DNA of 64,000 bases from Schizochytrium sp. TIO01. Its lineage: Eukaryota; Protista; Bigyra: Labyrinthulomycetes. The stretch lies in NCBI GenBank assembly GCA_004764695.1, contig SMSO01000008.1, positions 558,001-622,000 of the forward strand, read 5' to 3'. The notes beneath the pieces were generated by a model. It ran no database searches, was not told the DNA's origin, and saw nothing but the letters and a program-made list of their open reading frames with translations. The position numbers were made by a program, and so were the translations under genes. Within the stretch, counting starts at the first letter, position 1. Each line of letters starts with the position of its first letter. Below, one piece after another: positions 1-9,881 of this stretch.

Positions 1-510
1 TCTATGATGAAGCGTTTTGCAATTATCAAAGCTTGTCAAGTCTATGAACGGCCGAGCAGAGACACTCCGGATGAAGTCAGTGCTGGCGGTGACTCGGAGG
101 TAAACGAGATCTTGAAAAGGAATGGTCTTGATGCAAGGCTGAATGACAGTGAAGAGGAGGTCTTGAAGAAGATCTTTCATGATAATGGAGTGCGGGACAA
201 ATTTAAGGCTGCCAAGAAGGCCGGGTTTACTATGCAGCTTGGCAAGAATTGTTCCCATAGCGAGCTCAAGATAGCTAATGTCCCTATGATGAAGCGTTAT
301 GCAATTATCAAAGCTTGCCAAGCCTATGAACGGCTGAGTGAAGACACTCTGGATGAGGTTAATGCTGGTGGCGACTCGGAGGAGATCAAGAGGATCTTGG
401 AAAAAAATCATCTTGAGAAATACACCAAAACTCTCTTTAATAGTGGCTATACTACAATCCGAAAATGCAAGAATTTATCACACGGGGAGCTTCGTGCGAT
501 CGGCACCTAG
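1..510 (+). CDS. 3' part of a tandem SAM(sterile alpha motif)-like domain protein; probably starts upstream of the window, and the last repeat appears frameshifted (alternative end 560)
   Basis: Frame is open from base 1. A 282-bp internal duplication (2-~100 vs 284-~382) encodes MMKR(F/Y)AIIKACQxYER twice. EIKRILEKNHLEKYTKTLFNSGYTTIRKCKNLSHGELRAIG matches the SAM pattern (L..LgL..Y...F...g......L..L...dL..lGi). Confidence 0.6.
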   Translation, partial: SMMKRFAIIKACQVYERPSRDTPDEVSAGGDSEVNEILKRNGLDARLNDSEEEVLKKIFHDNGVRDKFKAAKKAGFTMQLGKNCSHSELKIANVPMMKRYAIIKACQAYERLSEDTLDEVNAGGDSEEIKRILEKNHLEKYTKTLFNSGYTTIRKCKNLSHGELRAIGT

Positions 511-2045
511 CTCCAAGAATCACCCGAGCTATATTACAAACCTTACATATCAAACGTTGAATAATGCGAAAATCACATTCTATGGCATTATGGAATTTGT
601 AAACAACTCTGTAATGGGTTGCAATAGAATCTTGTTGTGCACCAAATTTTACAAACTACCTTAACAAACATTTTCCAGGGAACAAACGCACCACAACGAC
701 ATAATATCAACCCGAGGGCCCATTTTGGTTTCGCAACCCTCATTCAAACACAGGTACCTTGTAGAGTGCCGCCCTTACCAAAAACTCCTTCCAGTTACTT
801 GAATGAAATCATGAAAAGTGGACATTCAAAGTCTTTGTCCAAGTCAGTATTAGCTCTGACAAGTAGCCACCAACCTGACCAGTTCCAACTTGTTCGAGAA
901 ACCAAGTTCAGCGTTGGCCTCAAGGTTGGTGTCAAAGCTGCACTTGAGTTGGGATATGTTGCTGGCAGGCATTTGAAGGGAACTCTGTGTGTGCAGAGTA
1001 ATCTGGAGCCAGCTACTAAACTGCTTCAATGACGCATATTTTTATGTCATAGCATAACTAGTCACTCCATCTACACCACATTATGACAAAAGAGACTAGG
1101 GGGTCTACATAATCATAACTATACTACTCGTTCTCTTGGTTCTGGTAGTTCTTCTTTATCCAGATGTTCTACAAATTCCAGACGTTCCTCGATTTCATTC
1201 AAAATAGCCTAGCAGTTTTAGCTAGCTGCTGTACTATTCGTTCTTTCGTTCTTCAGGACGAAACGGAAATGACATCCTATCTACAGATACAAGTTCGCTA
1301 AACAAAAATAGGAAATGGCAAGAGAATGCGCGGAGCCCAGGTTCTAACGCCGCCAAACCCATAACCTATAGGCCGGGCTCCAACACCGCAGCTCGCTCAA
1401 GCTAGCAAGGCCCGAAACACTAGCACCTGCTGTGTAACCGACGCCCAGCCCGTGTCAGCCCGCACGTCCAGCCGTGCTGCATAGCAATCGTTGTTGGTGG
1501 CGCGAAAACCGTTTTACGGCATTGCGAACTTGGGTCAAGTCTGGAGAAACAATAATTCTCGTGAATTGTTTCTGCAACTAAACCAATAACTCGACGGCAA
1601 GCACTGGTAGGTCCAGGATTTAGTTCGAGACTAACGTCAACGCCAAAGTCAGTGCCAGAGGAGGAGTCAGGGGGCGGGTTCTGAAGGAGAGAGTAGGTGC
1701 TTTCTGTTGAATTTAGCAAGCAAGCAATCTCGATTCCTAAAGCTGCAAATTTTGTCCCAGTTGCAGCTAGGGAAGCTGTTACCGTGTGTTTCAAGACTGA
1801 TAGTTGTTCGTTATTGTTTTCGCAATCGGAGTCAACTTATATCCTGAACATAGGTTCGATTTACCATTTACCGTTTATGCTGGAAATTGACAGATTTTTT
1901 CCCTCTGCCGAATCAAATTTTTTCAAGGTTTGAAAAGTTCATCTTGCTAGCAGCAAACTTATACCTCATTCTCAGCACCTCTTTTCATTCCGACAATAGT
2001 TGATACAAACGCTTCAAAGGTAGCAGAAAAGTGTAGTTAGCCAAG

Positions 2046-3962
2046 ATGGACAGGTTCAAAGGCGAGATGTCGATGGTGTGCAGTGGTAAGCGCACGTATG
2101 ATGACATGATGACGGAGGCGAACTACTCTAATGGAAGCTTTGCTAGCAACTGTAGTGATGGAAGGTCAATGGGGGTGGCAGCTCCATTTGGCCAGCGTCA
2201 CCTTAGTGTAGCCCAAGAGCGAGAGCTGCACGAGAAGCTTAACAGAGACGTGGATGTACGCAACATTATGGAGCGCCAGGGTCAAGGCCGGCAAAAGGTC
2301 TTCTATCTTGAACATCACACCGTGGTGGAAATTGCAAATGACGTCTTTGGGCCAAGCGGCTGGAAAGACGCCATGAATCCACCTCAGATCGTATATCAGT
2401 CAAACAACGATGGCCGGTGGAGTGTAGGCGTGTATGTCACGCTTAAAGTTACTCTTGCGAATGGAGCTTCACATGAGGATGTCGGATGGGGAGACGCGAA
2501 AAATATGCCTGATCGAGGTGATGCTATCGAAAAGGCAATTAAGCAAGCAGTCAGTGACGCACGAAAACGAGCTTTGCGCAACTTTGGTCGTGCTTGTGGT
2601 CTCAGTCTATATGACAAAACCTTCACAAAGGATATGAACGTTAAAAAGCGCAAGGCTGCTGTGGAAGATTGTCAATTACCAACAGTATCTCCTTCAGCTT
2701 CAGCTTCAGTTTCATCCTCCTCCTCGACTACCTCACCAGCAGGATCGCCTTGCCCGCCAGGCACGGTACCAGAGTTTAACCATCTCAAAGCCACTGTTCA
2801 GCATGTGTCTGCCTTTGCACCGTCCAAGCCTTCTTCAAGTCAAGCCCCGTCACCGCAAAGGGAATGCGCTGCAGAACAATCTGGTAAAAACCCAGTTTCC
2901 TCTCCGTCGATCTTGACCAACCAGCAACCACATCAGCAGTCTGTGCAGCCTCAACCTCATCAACCCCAGCAGCAAATTCAACTTAGCCTATACGGAAATC
3001 AGCAGCGGCAGCAACAGCATCAGCAACAGGAGCAACATCAGCGGGAGCAGCAGCAGCAGCAGCAAAACCAAGGTCAAGAAAATCAGCAACAGCAACGTCA
3101 AGCTCAAGCCACCCCTCAAGGATTACATCAACAGGCACTTGTAAAGTTGAATAAACCACCGAATAGGGCTCCATTGAACCAAAATAACGCGAGTTTGCAC
3201 CAAGCAATGCAACAGAGCTCCAAGCCAGCCTCCCAGCAACCACCCCAAATACCTCAACGAACTAACAGCGCAGGTTCCCAAAAGCAAATGTCTCGAACCC
3301 CTTCTCCGCAGCCGCAGCCACATCATCAATTCCAGCCACAACAGCCAAGGCAGCAGCAACAAGTGACACGGCCCGTAGGCCAATTGCCAGGTCAACAGAG
3401 ACAACCTTCAAACGGACAGTTACCTCTACCTCTAAACTCGGCTCAGCGCCAGCAGCATCAGCAGGATCAACAACATCCTAGACCCGGTATGCAGCAAAAT
3501 CGACCAAATGCTTCTGGCGTTAGATCTCAGTCTGGACCCCAGAACCCTAATATGCAAAACAGGAGCTCTGTGCCACTCCTAGGAGCCAACAATGTGCCCC
3601 CTCGGAGATCTGGACAGCCCATGAATGGCATGACACAACGGGTAAATGCGAACGTTAACCAAGCTGCATCATCAAGCATTCAACAAAACAGGCCTCAAGG
3701 ACAGTCTCAACAACGCCCACCCTTGATGTCTCAGCAGCAACAGCAGCAACAACAACAAAGGCGAGCGTGCTGGAGTCAGCAGCAACAGCAGCAGCAGCAA
3801 GGTGCCCCAGTCAGCCGTCAGCCGGTACAGCAAAATCAATCATTTGCCAAGCCCAGCTCCTCTGCTCCTCTTGTCAACCGGAACAGCTCCCCCGACTCGC
3901 AAGTTTCTGACCAGAGCGGGTCATCAATAGGGCTGAAAGCACCTCCACCAACTCAAGCATAA
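2046..3962 (+). CDS. RAD52: DNA repair/recombination protein Rad52 family; N-terminal Rad52/22 domain plus long Q/P/N-rich disordered tail (638 aa)
   Basis: Motifs YLEHHTVVEIANDVFGPSGW, HEDVGWG and AIEKAIKQAVSDARKRALRNFGRACGLSLYDK match the Rad52 consensus (YIEG..VI.LANEIFGFNGW, HEDIGYG, AFEKAKKEAVTDALKRALR.FG..LG.CLYDK). Confidence 0.93.
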   Translation: MDRFKGEMSMVCSGKRTYDDMMTEANYSNGSFASNCSDGRSMGVAAPFGQRHLSVAQERELHEKLNRDVDVRNIMERQGQGRQKVFYLEHHTVVEIANDVFGPSGWKDAMNPPQIVYQSNNDGRWSVGVYVTLKVTLANGASHEDVGWGDAKNMPDRGDAIEKAIKQAVSDARKRALRNFGRACGLSLYDKTFTKDMNVKKRKAAVEDCQLPTVSPSASASVSSSSSTTSPAGSPCPPGTVPEFNHLKATVQHVSAFAPSKPSSSQAPSPQRECAAEQSGKNPVSSPSILTNQQPHQQSVQPQPHQPQQQIQLSLYGNQQRQQQHQQQEQHQREQQQQQQNQGQENQQQQRQAQATPQGLHQQALVKLNKPPNRAPLNQNNASLHQAMQQSSKPASQQPPQIPQRTNSAGSQKQMSRTPSPQPQPHHQFQPQQPRQQQQVTRPVGQLPGQQRQPSNGQLPLPLNSAQRQQHQQDQQHPRPGMQQNRPNASGVRSQSGPQNPNMQNRSSVPLLGANNVPPRRSGQPMNGMTQRVNANVNQAASSSIQQNRPQGQSQQRPPLMSQQQQQQQQQRRACWSQQQQQQQQGAPVSRQPVQQNQSFAKPSSSAPLVNRNSSPDSQVSDQSGSSIGLKAPPPTQA

Positions 3963-4319
3963 GCTGTTCCCAGGGGGTAGCTCTCTCTCTCTCTCTCTCG
4001 CTTGCTTGCTTGGCGCTTGACTTATAGCTTAGCAGTCTCATTGCAGGTTGTATTCGACTGATTGATCGATATCATTAAGTTTTCGTGAGAGTCGTAAGGA
4101 GGCTGTCACAAGTGACCAGTAGCCAGAGAACTAGCCGTTGAGACATATTTTAATGCGTTTTTTGTTCTTAGCAACATTGTAAAAGTCAGGCGGAGAAGTT
4201 AGTCGAGAGAAGTCAGGGCATGACTTTGAGTGATGTGAAAATATCTAGCAGCAAAAACAAAACTCATCAAGAGGGTTTTTTGCTTGACTGCGGCAGTATC
4301 TGCTCCGTGAGCTGAGAAG

Positions 4320-4538
4320 ATGACTTATACCCCAGACGATAGCCTTTCTGCTTCGCAGCTGAGGCAGAGATATCGCTCGATGCCTGATGATGAAATGTCA
4401 GCGTCGCAACTGCGCGCCAAGAATGGTATTCCTAGCAACAAGTTCAAACCGGAGCCTGCAATGGAATTCAGCCTGATGTATGTCTTCATTGCTCTCTTTC
4501 TCATTATTGCCACTGGCCTAACCTTCCAGCTCGTGTGA
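4320..4538 (+). CDS. Small tail-anchored membrane protein (72 aa) with two PDDxxSASQLR repeats
   Basis: PDDSLSASQLRQRY / PDDEMSASQLRAKN repeat is conserved at protein level with synonymous differences. C-terminal hydrophobic helix FSLMYVFIALFLIIATGLTFQLV. Confidence 0.7.
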   Translation: MTYTPDDSLSASQLRQRYRSMPDDEMSASQLRAKNGIPSNKFKPEPAMEFSLMYVFIALFLIIATGLTFQLV

Positions 4539-4944
4539 GTCGAGTAGCCTCTTGCGAAAGCGCCCTAAACAGCCACGGTGGATTCTCAAGGTTGATTGCC
4601 GTACAACAAAATTGAACTCTTGAAACATTCAAGTATGGACAACCTATCTGATTGGAGTTGTTGGTTGCCTCAGCGACTATTTTAAAGCACCAGGGAATTC
4701 ATTTCCACTGAGTAACTTTGTATGTATGTCACAGCGACCATTGACATATGGATTCTTTTCTTTTCAAACCATCCCTAATCAGAAATTAAAATGGACAACG
4801 TATATATATATATTCTCTATGCAAATCTCAATTGTTCAGATTATTTACTTATTTATTTATTGTGCAACATAATGCAACCTAAGAGAGCCACGGGAGAGAT
4901 AAAAATACGCACTAGGCGTTCCAGATGATATTTAAAACATGACT

Positions 4945-6667
4945 CTACAGAGACACAGTGATTTCAGACTCTGCTTTGGCCTTGGTCACCATGTGACGCA
5001 TGTTCTTGACAAACCCTGGCAGGCCCCTACCTCGAGCAGCACTAATCTTTTCAATACTAAAAGGGATAGGCAAAGGAAGCTCGTCATCCTCAAGTTCTGC
5101 ATTGTATGCCTCAATAGCTTTCAAGATTGCCTCAGGGTCACATGCCTCGTCAGCAGCACTGAGTGCGTCCATTTTATTCAATACAAGAATACCTGGACGG
5201 CCTGACAGACCTTCCATATAAAGTTCTAACTCCGTAATGAGAGCCTCATAATGGTTGACAACCTGCTGCACAACGCGCTCATTCGAAGATGCTTGCTCCA
5301 TGGCATGACGAGTAGCAATCTCCTCTTCTTCAGTGTTCTTTGTGAATGACTTTGATGGGTCACTGAAAAGACCCATTAGAGTACAGTCGATCACGTAAAC
5401 CAATGCGCTTGTTCGTTCGACATGTCGTAAGAAACGATGTCCGAGTCCGCGATTTGCATGAGCTCCATCAATGAGTCCAGGAATATCTGCGACTGTGATT
5501 TTTTCGCTATCCGAAAATTCCACAGAGCCTATTGTCGGGTGCAAGGTAGTAAAAGGGTAGCTGCCGATTTCTGGGGCAGCACGGGAGAGAGCGTTAAGGA
5601 GAGTTGATTTACCAGCGTTGGGAAACCCCACAAGACCAACGTCAGCAATACTCTTCAATGTAAGACGGATCTCGCGCACTTCGCCTGCTTTTCCTTTCAA
5701 TTTGGGACGAAACTTATCCTTGCTCCAAAATGTGTGAGTGAGAGCCACCTGATCAGAATTGCCGCGACCGCCAGCTCCTCCGCGAACGAGTGTGTATGTC
5801 TTGTCTGCCTCATCCAAGTCAACAATAACTTTCTCCCGCATTGCATTGCGGCGGCGCTCACGCAACTCCTCATAATCTTCCCAGGTATCTTCATCAACAT
5901 CAAACTCGCCGACGCCTTTGAATTCCTGAAAACGGTCTTCGTCCAAAACTGTCCATCGCTCTTGGTCGTCTGCCATGGCCATCTCGCGGACAAACTCATC
6001 ATCATCATCTTCATTGTTGATAAAGTCTTCACCGAAGGAGCCTAGTGATTCATATTGTGGGACCTGGAGCTCAGTGACCACAGTGCCGAGTGGAACTTGG
6101 ATTTCCACAGTGCGTCCCAGGGCTCCACGCTTGCCCTGCTTTCCGCCCACGCCACCATCACCTCCACGAAATGAAAATTTGTTGAAATTCAGAGTCTGCA
6201 TGCTATTGGATGCACGGACGATCACATCGCCTCCACGGCCTCCATGGCCTCCATCAGGACGTTTTTTCATACCATTAGCATGATACGTCATTACTCCATT
6301 TCCTCCCCTACATTGATCGTCGTTGTTGTTTTCAGGTTTATGCCCAGGTCGATCACCACATGTTAGTCTTTGGTTCATAAATCGGACTTCATGCATTCCT
6401 TCGTTCATCCACTTTCTGATCAAACCACAGCTAGTTTCACTGTAACTAGATCATCTTCGTCTTTCTCATATTCTAGAGATAGTTTCCCAGAAACTTTTGT
6501 GCTTCACGCTTAGTTTCTAGACCCGAAGCTTGCGAGGAGGTGACAGCTGCCGTTCATTTGCCCATTTCCTGTAAACATTTCCCAGTTAGAGAAACTCACC
6601 TTCCGCCGGTGACCCGCAGACGCACGGTGTCAATGAAGCGCCTCGTGCTGTGCGCAGAGAACTTCAT
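4945..6667 (-). CDS. Obg/CgtA-family GTPase (organellar, MTG2/GTPBP5-like); two exons 6667-6600 and 6307-4945, 476 aa
   Basis: Gly-rich Obg fold (PDGGHGGRGGDV), G1 GFPNAGKS, G2 YPFTTLHP, G3 DIPGLI, G4 NKMD. Exon 1 MKFSAHSTRRFIDTVRLRVTGG joins through a GTGAGT...TGTAG intron (6599-6308) in frame to RGGNG, restoring the canonical FID.v...v.GG.GGNG start. Confidence 0.93.
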
Positions 6668-7003
6668 CGTGGATGCCGGGCTAGATCAGCACCACTCGCA
6701 ATCACCTCTTGCTGATTTCTGGTTCATCTCAAAGTTATTCATACAGCCTTATTTCTTCTTCTTCTCTTGTTTCTTCTTGCTTAGTACCTATCTACTTTGG
6801 TCATAAGGTTACTCTCCTCTATCGCATTAAAGGAGTGATATTGGAACATATAGAACATAAGCTCAGGCCACGAGGACTGAAAAGCGTGGCACTCTTTCTG
6901 CCTGCAGGAGTCCTTTATGCCTCCTACTATCGTGATTTCGTGCACGTGCGTACTGGGCGCGTGGATAGGGGTTTGTGTGGTCCGGCTTTTAGACAACCAA
7001 TGA

Positions 7004-7538
7004 AAATCGCATTGGTTAGAGATTAGAAATACAACAATAAAGCAAAAAAAGTCAACCCATCTAACACCAAACTCAAATCTCAAATCTCGCGTGTTAGATG
7101 ATTGGATTCGAGGTGAAGTTGAAGTAGAAAAACCAATGATGGCAGTGCAAACGAGGCAAACCACGCCATCCTCTCCCAAGCGATTAGAAGTATTGCCTCC
7201 AAACCTAATCTCTGCATTGGAGCCCTACTACGAATGGTAACCATTGACTCATGAAGAACTACATGTACCTGACAAACAGAACCAGGAGCGTATTTCTAGG
7301 ATCATGTACCAGAAGGGCATGGAAAAGTATTTCCTTATTTACCATCCACAATACCGCGATACATGTAAAGAATGCAATAAACCAAAGTACAGGATTTTCA
7401 CGAAATCTTCAAGCTGTACCCGCTGTAAGTATCAAAAGCGTATGGAAGCACGTTCGGTATTCACAACTGAAAGCAAGACTACGCAAAGAGCTTCGTGAAG
7501 CTGAGTTCCTTAAAGAGTTAAGCATCTTTATCCTTTAG
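7004..7538 (+). pseudogene. Probable disrupted ORF: F-box-like segment plus CxxC...CxxC zinc-ribbon-like motif, with an in-frame stop and a possible 3' frameshift
   Basis: One frame is open 7004-7237 (..RLEVLPPNLISALEPYYEW), has TAA at 7238-7240, then continues in the same frame to 7498 (CKECNK...CTRCK). A helical tail LKARLRKELREAEFLKEL lies in another frame to 7538. Confidence 0.35.
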
Positions 7539-8015
7539 GGTTTCGAGGGCCCCAAAGCTTGTCTATAAAGTAAAATTATTGCTAAGCTCTATTTCAATGT
7601 ACAAATTAACTTTTTGTGGTTGCTGTTGTGTAATGTGCAAAAAGTACAAAAATTCCATCTGAACAATCCACTTGCTTCCAGTCAATCAAGTTTCTCTAAT
7701 TCTTGCTCTATTATTATCCACAGTCAATAATCTGTTTGATCCCCTTCCCTCCATTCAGTGTAGCTAGCTAGCTAGCCACATATTACGTATTAAATATAGC
7801 TGAGGTCAGCATTGACTTATCGTGCAGTGCACACTAAAGAACGGTAACATCACACGTGCGCAGTGTAAACATCATTACGCTCACCCTCGTGTGCTTTCTG
7901 CTTTGAGTCGTCTGAGTCTAACGTCAGGCTAACTCGTCACGAAGGTTTCTTCATGTATTCTTGAAGGTCTAGTACTCAAGCAAAGACTCCTGGCAGGTAA
8001 CGTTGATGCTTCGAC

Positions 8016-9881
8016 ATGCTCTCGGAGTCGTCGACTCTGTTGACACAAGCAGCACTCTCTGCAGCCAAAGAGACTCTCGCAGGTGATCCTCGTGAAAACA
8101 AGCGGTCTTCTAATGGAGCCAAACAAATAAATCGAAGGAGCTCTAAGCTTTCTCAGCCTCGAGGCAGACGGGGCACCGGCAAACCCACTCGTGACCAAGA
8201 AGAGCCAAGTAACTATGATGGCAAAGAAATTCTCTCCAGAAACGTAGATACCCTCAGCAATCGTCACAAAATCAGCAAGCCAAAAGATATAGATAAAGGC
8301 CAAAAGTCCTCTACATATGCTGGTATAGGACAAGACGTGGATCAGAATAATGGGCCTTCGGATGATCTTGATGATCTCGATACCGAAGATCTTGCGGAGC
8401 TGGCGCAGGAATGCAAATCTCGCGATGCGGCTGAGCAAGAGTTGGAGCAAGCTGTTTTAGCACTAGTAAAGCGAAGACAAAACACCACAAAACATTCTGT
8501 AGCTCGCCCCTGGGAACGTCTTCAGCAACTTGCGGCTACTGCACTTGCTGCTAAGCGTGATCTGGCCTCTATTACTGTTCAGGCCCGTGAAGCTCGCGAG
8601 GAAATGGTGATTTGCAAAGCTAGTGCTGATCGCTGGCAAGCTGAGGCAGAAGCTCTTCGTCGTCAGGTTACCCTTAGTGGGGCTACCAAAGATTCTGCAA
8701 ATGGCTCTGCACTCGAAGATGTTCGATCGCGACTCGCAGAACAGAGTATTGAGTCTGATGAGCTTCGGTCACAGCGAGACCGTATATCTTGCGATCTAGA
8801 AATTTGTCGTAGCGAGAACAATAATCTTCGCTCTCAGCTAGATTCCATTCAACAAGAACGAGACCAAGCTTTGCGGGAGTTAGAACGTGTCAAACGTATA
8901 GCGCAATCTAGTATATCAAATTTAGAGACCCAAAATCGATCTTACAAGCAAGAGTGGGAAACGCTCCGAATGTCAGAACAAAAGCTGAAATTGCAATACA
9001 TTCAGTCTTGCGAGGACTTGGAATCTATGCGCGCTGAGAACACAACGTTTGAGGCAGACATAGACGCTCTAAGGCAAGATTTGAAAAACACTGAAACTGC
9101 CTTCGAAGCAGAACGCGTGGAAAGTGCCAAGAGACAAGCTTTACTGGAGCAAGAGCAGCTTCGCACACGGCAAATTCGTCTTGAGGTCGAGCATTTGACT
9201 AAACAATATGACGATACTAAAAAGGCTCTTGATGTTACTCGGCAGGAACTTGCACGGCAGGATCAAGCTCGTGTTAGTGCATATACAGAGCACGAGGAAG
9301 CCCAAGAATCGATGCGAACTGAGGTGGAAGCTGCTCGAGAGCGCGAGGGTGCGCTAAGGGAGACTATTGCAGGTCTGAGAGCTGAAGTGCAAGCAACTCG
9401 GAATGATGCTATGCAGGCCGAAAAAGACGCTCAGGCAAGGGTACAAGATTTAGAGCAGACGATCAGCAAGCTTTTACAAAATATGCAATCCAGAGCTCTC
9501 GAGTTAGCCTCCACAAGGCCATCACCTACAATCGTACGCAAAGCACTTGATATGAGTGTTGAAGAGCAGGATGCAATCACTGAGCGCGCCAACAAGATCC
9601 GACAAGAAATTCACCTAGCGACTAAACATTTATATCAGAGCCGAGAAAGGAGCACTTCAAGAGATGAGGATGAGAATGGAGGGCTGTCTAAAGACGAACC
9701 CAATCAGAAACCTGAATGGCGAAAGCTTGCGAAAGGAAAGTCACACCAAGAGCAAGCTGTACACGGTGATAGTGAGGAGATGACAAACGATAAGGAGGAA
9801 TCCGAGAAACGAGCTCGAGCACGAACTCGGCCGCGACGTCGTGGATCTTCTCGCGCGACAGGTTCGCCGTATAAACTTTGA
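8016..9881 (+). CDS. Long coiled-coil protein of unknown function (621 aa)
   Basis: Uninterrupted 1.87-kb ORF. The central ~400 aa are E/Q/R/L/A-rich with heptad character and the termini are disordered. Confidence 0.8.
   Translation: MLSESSTLLTQAALSAAKETLAGDPRENKRSSNGAKQINRRSSKLSQPRGRRGTGKPTRDQEEPSNYDGKEILSRNVDTLSNRHKISKPKDIDKGQKSSTYAGIGQDVDQNNGPSDDLDDLDTEDLAELAQECKSRDAAEQELEQAVLALVKRRQNTTKHSVARPWERLQQLAATALAAKRDLASITVQAREAREEMVICKASADRWQAEAEALRRQVTLSGATKDSANGSALEDVRSRLAEQSIESDELRSQRDRISCDLEICRSENNNLRSQLDSIQQERDQALRELERVKRIAQSSISNLETQNRSYKQEWETLRMSEQKLKLQYIQSCEDLESMRAENTTFEADIDALRQDLKNTETAFEAERVESAKRQALLEQEQLRTRQIRLEVEHLTKQYDDTKKALDVTRQELARQDQARVSAYTEHEEAQESMRTEVEAAREREGALRETIAGLRAEVQATRNDAMQAEKDAQARVQDLEQTISKLLQNMQSRALELASTRPSPTIVRKALDMSVEEQDAITERANKIRQEIHLATKHLYQSRERSTSRDEDENGGLSKDEPNQKPEWRKLAKGKSHQEQAVHGDSEEMTNDKEESEKRARARTRPRRRGSSRATGSPYKL

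Noticed and set aside
6308-6423. ORF-track N-terminus of the Obg GTPase (MIRKWMNEG...)
   Set aside because: Lies within the predicted intron. The spliced model restores the conserved N-terminal motif.
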